Positions 1-13,052 of a stretch of DNA of 64,000 nt are shown in pieces; positions within the stretch are counted from its first letter, which is position 1, and each line of letters begins with the position of its first letter. This DNA comes from Eledone cirrhosa (lineage: Eukaryota): positions 27,528,001-27,592,000 of the forward strand of contig OZ024749.1 in assembly GCA_964016885.1 (NCBI GenBank), written 5' to 3'. Under the pieces are notes generated by a model. That model saw only the letters and a list, made by a program, of their open reading frames with translations, ran no database searches and was not told the origin of the DNA. The position numbers and the translations under genes were made by a program.

Positions 1-1359
1 TTCCATCGAGTGCTCAGGAGAGATTGTCATACCACAACTAAGGGTCCTTCCAATCGCCAAACTTCTTCACAGCATGTACTGGGTGCGTTTATCATGTAAA
101 TCACCAAAACCAAGGAGGATCCCCGACCCTTTGACAAGTTTTCTATGATTTGATGCCCTTCCTATCACCAACCTTTTGTCTGCCAGGAATGTGTGTGGTG
201 GGGTTGAAATAAGAAAGTTGAGAATAACTGTTAGGGAGTGCTGGTGGAAGAAGGGGAAGGTAAGCCAGGTCATATTGTATGCTGCAGGTTGGGTATTCTT
301 CAGCATTGCATAGCACCAGCCCACGCAGTCTTTAGTCAATCCTGTTGTAAGGTTTACAATCTCCTCCCATGTTTTCCCAGATCTGCCTCTTCCACAGGTC
401 CCAGCCCTAAATTTTACCATTACTCAATTATTTAAAAAATTAATTGCAATAAATGTGAAGTGGTTGAGGATAGGAAGGGTATCCAACCATAGAAACCTTG
501 CCAACAAAGGGTTAGGAGGACCCTTTAGTTATGTCAAGGGGATGACAGCCTCCCTAGTGTTGGTGATCTACACCATATATGTACTCAGTACATGCTGTAA
601 AGTGATTGGTGTTAGGAAGAGCATGCAACTGTAGATAACTTATCAAAAGTTTCTGTCAAAAAGCCCCTCTTGTGCATTCAGTAGAACATGACACAGTGCG
701 TAAGCGAGATGTTGACACCACCCACCCAATTAGGGTCAAAAGACAGATATAGAAAGAATAGCAGAAGTAGAGAGCACATCTATCTATATATATATATATA
801 TAATTGTTTCTACTTTGGGCACAAGGCCAGCAATTACTCAGTGCATTACTGGTACTTTATTTTATTGACCCCATAAGGATGAAAGGTAAAGTTAACCTCT
901 GCGGGATTTGAACTCAGAATGGCAAGGGCCGTAACTATGTGTCAAAGCATGGCGTCCAACCCTCTACCGATACTGCCAATAATGAATAGGAACAAGGTGT
1001 CAAAGTATCATCATTAACTTTATTCAAGTGTGATATGCCTTTCACAATTGATCAACTTAAGGAGCAATCCGTATTGATCAGGCCAGACTCTGGAATCAGT
1101 TGCTCATCAGACTTGTGGTTTCCTTAACCTTTAGCACACTGTATTATGTATTAAGGGGAGATTACTCTATCAACAACACGAGGCACCTACAGCACCCAAA
1201 AGCTTAATGATGGGAGATATCCATACACCTTCAAATTATCATTTTACATTCAATTGAGGTGTGGACCCACCTATGCATCAAGTGCTCAAGTTGGTGAATC
1301 AATAGTAACGTAAAGTTACAAACCATTAATATATATATATACATATATTGAGATATATA

Positions 1360-4300
1360 TAGTCAGCAGTGCTGAAACTAGTAATTCCAGTCTTGGAAAT
1401 TGTTTGATACCAAACATTATCGTTATATTAATGGTAAAAAAATACTCAAATTTTTACAGCATAATAGATGGGGTTTTCCCCATGGCAGAAGAGACAAATC
1501 ATTATGCCCAAATAATTTGTTGGGCATAATGATTTGTCGCTTCTGCCATGGCTTTGAAGAAAGTCTGTAGCAAAACACAAAAAGAAACAATCCAGTGGGT
1601 GGGCATCATGTGGTAGTGTGTGGTGGACCAGGTTTTTCACTGAAATCAGGAATATTTATTGCTGTTGTGTTTTTTGACCACATCGCTATTTCACTTTCAC
1701 TGGTGTGGACATCTTCACTTTCACTATCATTGTCAGTTGAAAATTCCCAAATATATACCCGATTCATTCAAAAATAAATTGCAGTAAGAACTGCCAATGC
1801 GAGCCAAGCTGTGGAAATCTCTCCTAATCCAGAACTAAAAACAAGAATGGCATCTTGCATCTCCAAAGGGGATGCCCACGCTGTTGATATCAAATATCAT
1901 AAACAGTGTTGGACAAGAAATGTGTTCCATGTTCTGAGAGATAAAGCTATCGCAAACAAAGCAAACAGAGTGGGTGTCAACATCAAACAGCTAGTTTCAT
2001 TGAATTAGTGAATATTATCGACGTACAAACTACAGATGGCGCATATCTTTCCATGGCAGACATCGAGAATACCTATTTGAACATGCTAGGTGGGGCAGAG
2101 GCTTTGCCATATCACAGACCTGTCTATAGCAGACAATGGCTGAAAGACAAAATATTAACAGAATTACCAGGTGTAAGGTCTTCTGCAAAGCAATAGGCGA
2201 AGGTCAGCTGTGTTGTATTACCCTGAACCATCACTTCTGATGACACGGACAACATGAAGAATCTCTATAGGTCTCTCTGTGACTCCCATATCATACAGCT
2301 ATAGTTCCTTGTGAGAAGCCAAAGCAGAAGATACCATCCGAGAAGAGGATGATTCAGTTTGCCATTGACAAAGAAGGTGTGGATAGTACCTACCAGCTCA
2401 CACATCTGGGATGGGTCGTTGCCTACGCTGTTTCCCGAATGAACGATGGAGGCTCGAGTTGAATTCCAGGTTGGGCAGGCTATAACTCACATTTGTCGAC
2501 AAGCCTACCCTTAACTGAGGTTGGAGTTCTACCTTTGCTCCCAGAAGTCGCGCATGAATAGCCAACATTGCTATCTGTTATGATGCAAGCAAACAAATTA
2601 AAAGAGCTGGCAGTTGCTGACAAGTACCTCACTGTCATTTCCTTCGCATTCTATGAGAAAGCAGTACAGTTGGTTGATGCTAGGCCGGATTTGAAGGGCA
2701 AAGTGATGCCAAGACTTGGTGAGTTTCTTGGTGTTGTCATGGCTGTGTTGAGAGCTCTCGGCTCTTCAATTGAATGGCAGACTTATGGTTCTTGCCAGGT
2801 CCGACCAAGACGTGAACCAGAAAGAAGCAATTAGCAATTACGAGTTCACCTTGATGCCAAGAGCACTCTTTGCCCCAAATGGGTCAGTGTTGCCATGCAC
2901 TGACAAGTCCAAACTCATTCATCTCCTTGAGCAGATAGCATCAGAGAAAACAGCACAAGGCGATTCACTGCAAGATGAAGCCACTGAAAAGGACAATCGC
3001 AATCACAACAGGTGGGTTGCGGTGGTAGATGGAATGCTGCTTATTCAGAAGCTGACTAAGAAACCAGCTACCATGGTTACAGTGAGAGATCTAAGCCAAA
3101 GTTTCTATGAAAGACTGATGAACCTCACGTAGAACTTTGACGAAATAATTCTCTTGTTTGACACATATAAGACCGATTCCTTGAAGAATGCAACCAGGCA
3201 GAAGAGACGCCAAGGGAAGGATCCAGTCCAGTATCAAGTCAGAGATGAGACGAGCATCAAGCACATAACCATGAAAAGACAAAGGCTGATTTGACCAAGT
3301 ACTTGGTAGAAAAGACTGTACAACAGCAAATATTCCTCCAAGCTTGTCATCACTTCAGCATCTGGCCAAACCAGGAGCAACAAGGATTTGGAACCTTTTA
3401 GTAAAAACAACCACGAGGAAGCTGACACACTGATGATATGCCTTGCAGTATCTTCAACAAGGCGAAACCCAAGAGATATTCAACTAACTTTTTTCTCACC
3501 TGACAGATGTCCTGGTTCTGGTAATTGCCAACTATGATTTGTTACCTAGGCACACCCCCCATCTCATCAAGTGTTCTAAAGATCCAACCATTCTGGGACG
3601 TTCTAGGTCCAGCAAAGGCGAAGGCTTTACCTGCATTCCATCCCTTCTCTGGCGCCGATAATACGGGAAGGTTTACTAGAGTAGGAAAGGCCACATGGTT
3701 CAAGATCTTCCTTGAAGCTGACGATAACATCATTGATGCTCTGAAAAAGCTGTCTGATGATACTGAAGTGACTGAAGAACTTCTGACCAGATTGGAAAGT
3801 TTTGTGTGTCCTGCCTACAGTCCAAAGAGAATCCAAATCAAAAGCATTCCAGAGTTGCGATGGCACCTGTTCTGTAACAAGTTACCACCTACAGTTGGTG
3901 CCCTCAAGCAGCACATCTTAAGGGTACATGTGAAAGCACAAGTTTGGGGCCAGACAAGCACTCTCCAGCAAGTTCCGGAGATGATGGCCAACTAAAGCCA
4001 ACCACTACTGATGGTTCTCCAGCACCTAAAGCCATCATTGAGATGGTGAGATGCCAGTGCAAGGGAGATTGTTCCTCACAAAGATGTTCCTGCAGTGCAC
4101 CGACCTTTGCCTGTGCACCACACAGTGTGAAAATGACATGGAAAGAGTATCAGTATTCCTTGATTCAGGTAATACTGATAGTGAGAGTGATGACTGATAT
4201 CATGGTTATGACTGATTCCGTTCTAAAAGTCGCAATAACAAAATGTGCACAAATTTGTATTCCTGCCTGTTAAAAGTCATGACTGATTTTATTGTGAAAT

Positions 4301-4786
4301 GGACAAAAGCAAAGTGTCCACAAATTAATTGTTTTATGTATTAAAATAAAGTGTACATGAAGACAAATTTATTTTTATTGTTTGACTCGTGCTTCGATAT
4401 CCTGATTATGAGTGGATCTAGAGAAGAAATATCATATTTGCATGTGGTGTTTGTAGTTTTGTCATTAAAATTGGTATTTTTATTTAAAAAATCTTTCTTC
4501 ATGTTAAACGTAAGTGATTGTAGTCAATTTCTCTAGACTTCTGGCCCCTTAAAATGTAAGTTTAGCCACTGAAAGTAAAAGGCTACATGGCTTGGAAGTG
4601 GATATATTGGTAAATTTAGATTTCAAACGGTCCCCATTTTGAAGCCCTAAGACGGCCATGTTCGGAACCCTAAAAAAAATAAGGCAACATTGATTTTTGT
4701 TTTCAATACATCCTAACGTTTCCAAAAATGTATAGTTTAGTAAATCTCCAAAAAATTTGAACAAAAATACACAAGGAACTGGACTA
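1360..4786 (+). mobile_element. Decayed, unclassified DNA-transposon-like element: transposase-like core + FEN1/XPG-type PIN nuclease + C-terminal Cys-rich CXC domain (frameshifted, internally deleted)
   Basis: Collinear broken ORFs 1811-4273 carry the motifs DAHAVDIKYHKQC, PGWAGYNS, VISF.FYEKA...PRLGEF, YEFTLMPRALF, VVDGM, FDTY..DSLK, NHEEADT (3412-3429), FHPFSGADNTGRF..GKATWFK, LPPTVGALKQH..R and CQCKGDCSSQRCSC. Putative ends are TAGTC (1360-1364) and GACTA (4782-4786); the ends are less certain than the coding relic. Confidence 0.75.
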
Positions 4787-5751
4787 TAGGTTGAAGCCAA
4801 TTTTGGCCGCTTTCTATGCTAAAGGTCTAAAGTGTAAAAGTCAATCAAAATAATTTTTAGTCCCTGCACGTTACATCGTTATTACTAATAAATTTTAATT
4901 GCATGTTTAGTCTTCCATAATGTTTTAACATTTTCCCAACTGTATTTTAACCCTTTAGCTTTTATATTACTCTATATTTACTATTTCATTTTCATGGTAA
5001 AGGCTTTACCTGACATAATATCAATCTATAAGATTTTGAGAACACCTTAACATCAGTACAAGTGGCTGGTTTGAACAGAAAGAGGTGAGAAAATTCTGGC
5101 CAGATACCGCCGGTTTAAATGTTTACGTTTTCAGAATGGAGATCTTTGGGTGTGTTTGGTAAATAATTAAGGTGGTAGATTGGCAGTATTGGTAGAGGGT
5201 CAGACGCCATTCTTTGACGCATAGAGTTACGGCCCTTGCCATTTTGAGTTCAAATCCCGCTGAGGTTAACTTTGCCTTTCATCCTTACAGGGGGGGGGGG
5301 GGGGGTCGATAAAATAAAGTACCAGTAATGCACTGGATAATTGCTGGCCTTGTGCCAATAGTAGAAACAATTATGTTATTTAATAGATTCTGAAGAAATG
5401 TATTTTCCTACTGTATTGATAGAAACGTTCATAAATCTCTTCTATGCCCACTTATTCGTGAGTGGGTCCTGTCAGAAGTAATCGTCTCCAACTGGATCCC
5501 AAATGAGACTAGCCAAGCTCATGGATGTTATCCAACCATCTTGCTCGAGGTCTACCTCTGGGTCCCCTACCTGTTGGTTTTTACCTGTAAAATCTCTAGT
5601 GATTTTTTTTCGTGAGAGATTCTAACCACATGCCCATAGTATTGGAACAGTGATCTCTCAATTTGGAGAAGTATTGGCTCTACCTGGAGTGACTGATCTC
5701 CAAGCTATGTACATAATTTAATGTAACTTAATCTTGGTTATTTTTATTCAG

Positions 5752-7085
5752 ATCATCATCATCATCATCATCATTTTACGCCCGCTTTTCCCTGCTTGCA
5801 AGGGTGGAACGGGTCCTATTCAGCACAGCATCTCTCCATTCATCTTCAGCGATCTGAGGTCAGCTCTTACCACCTCCGCCCATGATTTTCGTGGTCTTCT
5901 TCTACTAGGATTTCTTGGTACTTCTTTACCCAGCGATCATCCTCCATGCACATTACATGTCCATACCAACGCAGTCTTTTCTCCCGCACATACAGTCTCT
6001 CTCTCAACTCGTCTATGCTTGGTTGTTCATGCACATCCAACAGAGCATACTTGCTTCATTTCTTTCCAGCCGTCGCATATCCTCTGCAGTTGCTGTCCAC
6101 GTCTCACTACTATAGAGCATCACGCATCTCACACAAGCATCATATAACTGACCTTTCGTTCGTAGGGAGAAACCCTTCGTCAACAGCTCCCTAAACGTCT
6201 TCCAACCCATCCTTATTCTAGATACTATGGCCTTGGAGCATCCTCCTCCCTTGCTAATCTGATCACCTAGGTATCAGAAGCTATCAACCATCTCTATAGA
6301 TCCTACCTACATTTGAAAAATGTGTCTACCGCTGTGACTTCTACTGTCAAATTTGTCTGTACATCTACTGCATATGTAGTTTTCCCTACCTGTTAGTTTG
6401 CCTGCTATGCCACATCTCTTGTGTACCCAAGATCTGCATTGTGTACATTTTATAGAATTTATGCCAACTCAAAGGAGTTGGCATAAATTCTATAAAATGT
6501 ACACATGGCCATTTTCCTGATGGAATCAGAGTTTTGTCCTCTTTTCTACCTTATCAACACTGTAGTCTTAGCTAGGTTCACTCTCGGTCCTCTTGATTCC
6601 AACAGCTGTTTCCATAGCTAGAATTTATTCTCTAGCTCCTCTAATGATTCTGCTATAAGTAGCAGATCATCAGCGTAGAGAAGTTCCCATGGGCAGCCTG
6701 TTATGGCTTGGAGAACTATAATGAACAAGAGCAGCCTGAGGACCGAACCCTGATGTACTTCTACTTGTATCTGGAATTTCTCAATAAACTCCATTCCTAC
6801 TCTCACTTTACTGATAGCACCCCTGTACATAGCTTGCACTGTCTTCACAAGCCATTCCTCTACACCTAGTTTCCTTAGGGACCACAGATGACAGATTGGG
6901 GTAATCTATCAAAGGCCTTCTAGGTCAACAAAAGCTAAGTATAGTGGCTTATTCTTCTCTAAGAACCTCTAGTTGCCTCACTAAGAAGAGGGCATCTGTT
7001 GTACTTTTCCCAGGCACAAAACAAAACTGCATCTCATCTAATTTGACCCTTTCTCTAATTAGTTGCGCTAGTATTCTTTCTGTCA
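5752..7085 (-). mobile_element. 5'-truncated RTE-clade LINE relic
   Basis: Minus-strand RT fragments (HQGSVL, ELLYADDL, GWKTFRELL..LYDACVR) and a (GAT)n tail at about 5752-5773. Confidence 0.85.
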
Positions 7086-7218
7086 TATATATATATATGT
7101 GTACATATATATACATATTAGAGAGAGAAAGAGAGATATTTACCTACCTACACACAGACATCCATCTTGTATGGAAACAACGAAGACAAAGACATATCAA
7201 CTCTGATAAACAATATCT

Positions 7219-7224
7219 TTTAAT
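7219..7224 (-). terminator. Putative TXN polyadenylation signal ATTAAA
   Basis: About 45 nt after the stop codon, followed by a GT/T-rich tract on the minus strand. Confidence 0.5.
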
Positions 7225-7267
7225 CATTACAAAAGATGACGGACTTCTCCAGGTGGAGCCATCATGT

Positions 7268-7330
7268 TTATGCATATTTCTCCACAAGAGCTTCAAGTTT
7301 AGTACTGTCTGCTCCTGTCATAGTCTCTAA
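7268..7330 (-). CDS. TXN: Thioredoxin, coding exon 5 (LETMTGADSTKLEALVEKYA*)
   Basis: Acceptor ttttctgttgacag, phase 0, TAA stop at 7270-7268; typical thioredoxin C-terminal G-A-[DN] helix. Confidence 0.92.
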   Translation of the reverse strand, partial: LETMTGADSTKLEALVEKYA

Positions 7331-8135
7331 CTGTCAACAGAAAAATACAAACAAATCAAAGAGTTAATTTAGAATACTGGCAAATATATTTACATATACA
7401 CGCTATATGTGTGTGTGTGTGTGTGTGCGTGTGTGTAGGAAGGTCATATGAAAAGTTCATAGGTTGACCAAGATACTCTCATGGAATAAGGTTTATTTTT
7501 CAACAGTCCCTCAGAAAGAAACAATGCAGTTATGAATAAGAAGAGTTGAAATTAATGCATGCAAGATTTCACAGCCCTAGCATCACTCCTTCATAGCCAA
7601 CATATGAACTTTTCAGCTGACACTCGTATACATAGTTCAAGATAAATAGAACACAACCACAGGCATTAGCCGTTTATCAGAAAAGAACAACATTGAAAGA
7701 AATATACACACACAAACTCATACATATATAAATACGTAAGCATTGAGCTTGGTCCTATAACTCCTGAAGGAGTCATAGGGTCACCGTATTGACATAGCGT
7801 TTCTAGGGCAATTTAAAGCTTGGTGGGGCCCATCTCTCAAGGTCCGAATACAGATTTCTTCCAGAGATATGATATAGAGGAAGAACCAACCCTCGGTACT
7901 TTTTATATCAACCTGGAATGGATGAAAGGCAAAATTGACCTCAGCTGGATTTGAACAAAGAGTAGAAAGTCAAAACGAATACCACAAAGCCAGTTATCCG
8001 AAATTCTAACGGTTGTCAATTCGCCGCCTTACGTATATATATATATATTGTAGTAAAAACCTGATAAAAAACACATCCAAAGGGTCAGAGTATCCAGACT
8101 GCGAGACGAGTTGTGATGTACATTTAACCCTTTAA

Positions 8136-8189
<54 letters not shown>

Positions 8190-8334
8190 TTGCATTTTCA
8201 TGGTAAAGGCTTTAACTCACATAATATTGAATTTGAAATTTTGATATTTATTTTGAGAAGCATACCTTAACATCGGTATGAATAGCCAGTTACGGTCAGT
8301 TTAAACAGAAAGATGAGAGTGATGTTCAATGATA

Positions 8335-8775
8335 TCATCATTACCATTTAACGTCCATTTTTCACACTAGCATGGGTTAAATGGATCATCCCATGTTAGG
8401 TAAATTGGGTCAGGTGACCGTATCTTACACATATAGGACTATTTCTAGAACTGGAATCTCTTCTTAATGCCAACCACATTTACAGTGTGTGTTGGGTGCT
8501 TTTTGCCGTGGCTTGTTCATGACCACTTTACAGTGTGGGCTGCGTGCCTTTTTAAGTGACACCTACACGACCACTTTACAATGAGGGCTGGGTGCTTTTT
8601 GTTGCGACACCTACACAACCACTTTACAGTGTGGTATGAGTAGGTGGATGGGGGTATAGTGGTTAGGTGTCTATTAGAATCTGTGTGCATGAGAAGGCGT
8701 GTTTTCTGTATTACTGTGTAACACCAAAGATCTCGATCCTGTGTCATTGTCTTTGAAAGGTTCAGTTGCACAAGG
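8335..8775 (-). mobile_element. RTE LINE 3' fragment
   Basis: LSKTMTQDRDLWCYTVIQKT C-terminus and 3' UTR homologous to 59200-59640. Confidence 0.7.
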
Positions 8776-9616
8776 TTATATATATATATATATGGGAGAT
8801 ACTGGAAGAGCTATCACCAAACTTTGACATTAAAAGCAGGACAAACCCTCAGAGTAGCAAGAGAAAGAAATCTCAGTCATAATGGTTTTTGATTTAAGCC
8901 CAAGGTCAACCATTTTGGGGAGGGGAAAGTGAATTAGATCAACCCCAATGCATTACTGGTACTTTATTTTATCGACCTTGTAAGAATGAAAGGAAACGCT
9001 AATCTCGGTGGGATTTGAACGCAGAATGTGCCGCAAAGTATGTTGTCCGATGACTTTACCGATACTGCCAATCGACCACCCTAATAATCATAATAAAACG
9101 TTACGTGACAACTACTCTGTGGTGCTAGATTTGATAGCTACTCCCTACCTCCCTTACACAGTGTTGATAAGATGATCAGTAATGGGAACAACTATTTCTA
9201 CCTACCTACTTATCTCTCTCTCTATATATACCTACCTATCTTACTATCTGTCTATCTATAGCTATCTGTTTAGCTATGTATTTACTAATGAATCTATTTT
9301 CGGACAAGAATAAAAACAACAACAAAGCCCAATAGCTGTCTATGATATATATATAGAAGAAAGTCATTGTAATTTAGTGGATATGTTTTATAATAAGTAA
9401 AGAAGATTATTAATTGATTTAAAAAAAAAAATACAAGGATGGCCAAAGTGACGCAAGGGAAAATTTCAAGGAAATATACAATTAAGCATTTATACTATAA
9501 CCCAGTTCTTTTTGACAGGTACTAAGCTAATATATATATATATATGATGACCAACTGGATTTCGGGTAATGCCCTCACTTGATAATTAAGCTTGAGCATC
9601 ATAGACGTGGCTTGCC

Positions 9617-10510
9617 TCATCATCGTTTAACGTCTATCTTCCACGCTAGTATGGGTTAGACGGGAATTGTCCCACTTGATGCAAGATTGGGCGGGTGACC
9701 GCGTCTCACTCGTATAGGACTATCTGGCAGGTTTTCTACGGCTGGATGCCCTTCCTAACATCAACCACATTTACAGTGTGGACTGGGAAGTTTATACTGT
9801 GTTACCTACACGGCCACATTACAGCGTGGACCGTGTGTTTTTTTTTGTCATGACACCTACACGATTTCATTAGTTTGGACTAGATGTTGTGGTACCAACA
9901 TAACTTTATAGAGAAAGGGTGGAGTTGGCGGGAGTGGGGTAATTAATGGGTTGGGGTGTCTGTTTGGTTTGGAAGGGCCTACTGACTGTAGGTTAACTTA
10001 GCACGTAGGGAAGGCAGGTCTTCTGTAATATTGCGTGGCGCTAAAGATCTCGATCCAGTAACATTGTCTTAGAGAGGTGCAAGTGTGCATGGTCGGACTT
10101 AATCATGTCATCCTAGGTTTTTCTGGGTCTACCTATTCTGTAAATACCATCAATTTTGATCGCCCTGCACTTTTTTATACAGCTGTCATCTTTCATGTGC
10201 ATGACGTGACTGTACCAACGTAATCTTCTCTCGAGTAAACAGCATCCAATCCCTCTTATTCCTAATTCTCACTTAGTTCATTTATGTTTTGCCATTTGTG
10301 TATATTACTATTACACATCCAACAGAGCATGCATGCTTCGTTCCTTTCCAGTCTGCGCACAATCCCCATGTCTCACTGCCATGTAACATTGCTGTTCGTA
10401 TACAAGCATCATACAATCTGCCTTTCATTTTCAGAGAGAAATCTTTTGTGGCCAACAGCGGTATAAGCTCTCAGAACTTTTTCCATCCTGTTCTAATTCT
10501 GGCTACTGTA
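9617..10510 (-). mobile_element. RTE LINE 3' fragment
   Basis: Reverse-complement homology to 58750-59640, including the 3' UTR repeats. Confidence 0.8.
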
Positions 10511-11040
10511 CAATACCATGCATCACAGAAAATGCCACATATCAAGCAATGCCTGTGCTTGAAGCTTTTTTAAGTGAGGAAAGGCTTTGCGTGGGGCCAA
10601 TCCCACTCTCTGAACACTGAATGCATTTACACAAAAGAACTGGTCTACATCATTGGATGCAAACAAAGTTGCAGGTTTTATATCAGAGTGACAGAGATGT
10701 CTTAATGAATACTAGGAGTCTGTCATTCCACAAAAAGAAAATTTTATTGGATGGCCATTGACTCCCGAGTTCCACCTCCCTTTGATGGGGCTTGTTTTTC
10801 ATCCTGCAGGATGTCCAAATCCCCTCTCCTCATCAAGCAAGTTTGTTGGGGTTGCCGGTTTAGTCGCTGATGACCCAATCATGCACAGGTTCTACTGGGT
10901 TACATGTTACCAGTAGCGCTGAAGAGCGACCTGACATATATATATACACACACACACACACAAATGTATATGGATATATATTCTGAGAAAAAGAAATTCC
11001 ATATGTACGTGTATACAATTTAAACAAATGTGAAACTCAC

Positions 11041-11106
11041 CTTTTCATTATTCTTGTAAAGTATAAATGTTGGCATGGCTGTGACTTGTTCCAATTCTGC
11101 TACCTC
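11041..11106 (-). CDS. TXN: Thioredoxin, coding exon 4 (EVAELEQVTAMPTFILYKNNEK)
   Basis: 66 bp, ttacag/gtgagt boundaries, cis-Pro motif AMPTF. Confidence 0.95.
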
Positions 11107-12633
11107 CTGTAATATTAAAAGACAGAATACTGAAACACACACACACACATAGCTTGGCCACCTTTTCCTGTCTCTAAGAGGACTTTACCTGATTTTCTAA
11201 GCTATCATTTATAGCAACTTTTTGAAATTGTTAATTTATATATAATATGTATCATTTGATATTTAATATACTATTATGTCATCTCTACCTGCACCCCCAC
11301 CCCACCGAGAGGAACGGTAGCACCCACTTTGAGAACCTTTGATTTACAGCAACCAACTGTCTGCATTTTCTACATTTTCTATGAACTAACCCTTCAATGC
11401 TTCGAAAGTTTGATACTTTGCATTCAATGTTGTTGACATTCAAAAGTTATTTGATTATGCTTTCTATTTTATATAGGGATTGCTGTCAGAGGCTGTTTAG
11501 CTCAATAGTTAGAGCAGTCAGCAAGTTTCTGAAAGATATCAATCAGCTTTGTTTCCTTGTACTGACTTCTGGCCCCTTTTCCCACCCGTATAAGGGGTCT
11601 TTACCGAAGTTTCTAAGCCATCATTTATAGCAACCAAATGTGTTTATAGCTATTTTCTGTATCTGTCTTACATTTTAAATCTTTCAACATAATTTCATAA
11701 GAACCATATGTTAAGTTACTATCACCTTAGTAATGAAATAATAATTTTAGCAAATCCCTAAAAAATTATCAATCAATTAATCCTTTAGCATTTACATAAC
11801 TCTATATTTACTATTGTATTTTCATGGTAAAGACTATCTCACATAATATCGAATCTATGAGACTTTGATATTTATTTTGAGAATATCTCATACCAGTATG
11901 AGCGGCCAGTTACGGCCTGTTTGAACAGAAAGAGGTGAGAGAATTTTGGCCTGATACAGCCGGTTTAAGACAAATAAAATGTAAAGTTGACCCAAACAGG
12001 ATTTGAACACAGAATGTAAAGGGTTGTAACTAAATGCTGCAAAACATTCTATCCAATGGTCTAACAATTCTGCCAATCTGTTTCCCTGTAATAATAATTG
12101 TTTTTAATTTAGGGCACAATGCCAACAATTTTTGATTAAATTGACTCCCAGTGCATTACTGGTACTTTATTTTATCGACCCTGTACGGATGAAAGGCAAA
12201 GTTAACCATGACAGAATTTGAACTCAGAACGTGAAGAGCCGTACTCTACGCCACTAAGCATGTTGTCTGACCTTCCACCGATTCTGCCAATCGAAATAAT
12301 AATCAAGTTCTAGGGCAGCTGGCATTGAAAGAGTTAATACTTTAGTTGAACTCCAGAATCTTGTACAAACATTCATAAATTACTTGAAACTGCTCCTGCT
12401 TCTATGGTACAAACCTGTTTGTTTGAAAGTGTTGATATTTATCTAAATCTAAAAGCCTGCCATTATAATGTTATGTAACAACCAATCCTTGTTAAGTTAT
12501 GTTCCAAACACCTACTTACTAAAGAGAAATTTAATTATATTACAAAATCCCTCCAAATTCCTCATTATTTTCAAAACTATTAAAATTTTGGCAGGGTTAA
12601 TGACTAGCATATGAAGAGGAGAAAAAAACTTAC

Positions 12634-12693
12634 GCCAGCATCATCAACGTCCACTTTACACATAAGAATTGAACTATATTTAGTTGCCATTTC
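12634..12693 (-). CDS. TXN: Thioredoxin, coding exon 3 (EMATKYSSILMCKVDVDDAG)
   Basis: 60 bp, tatacag/gtaagt boundaries, KVDVDD motif. Confidence 0.95.
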
Positions 12694-12780
12694 CTGTATA
12701 AAGAAAAAAAAAACTTAAATATTTCATTCTCCATAAATGATCTTTAAAAAAAAAAAAAGTCTAAAGACTTGTCTCAATCA

Positions 12781-13052
12781 CAGCAGTTCATCAAGTCGGT
12801 GCTTATCCTGGTTTCTGTGGAGTGAAGCAACAGAGAATACAACCCCCCCCCCCCCGGACAAGACGCCAGTCCATCACAGACAGGGTTAAACCCCCCACCT
12901 ATTACTAGTACTCATTTTCAGCTGAGTATACTGGATCAACTTGAAATGAAGTGTTTTGCTTGAGAATACAACACACAATTAAGTCCAGGAATCAAACTCA
13001 CAACATTATGATTGTATGTCCAACACCCTTACCACTAGGCCACACGCCTTCA
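12781..13052 (-). mobile_element. tRNA-derived SINE (different 3' part) in TXN intron 2
   Basis: Head GAAGGCGTGTGGCCTAGTGGTAAGG...GTGAGTTTGATTCC; body CTGTGATGGACTGGCGTCTTGTCC. Related heads at 32612+ and 41417+. Confidence 0.7.

Noticed and set aside
5385-5440. CTGAAGA...GAAAC hammerhead-like words (similar at about 9546-9590 on the minus strand and 21612-21640)
   Set aside because: Stems are poorly formed or core bases are mutated; at best decayed relics.
7234-7266. ATGA-initiated hairpin in the TXN 3' UTR as a possible SECIS
   Set aside because: No GA/GA quartet geometry, and the thioredoxin has no in-frame UGA (CGPC active site, TAA stop).
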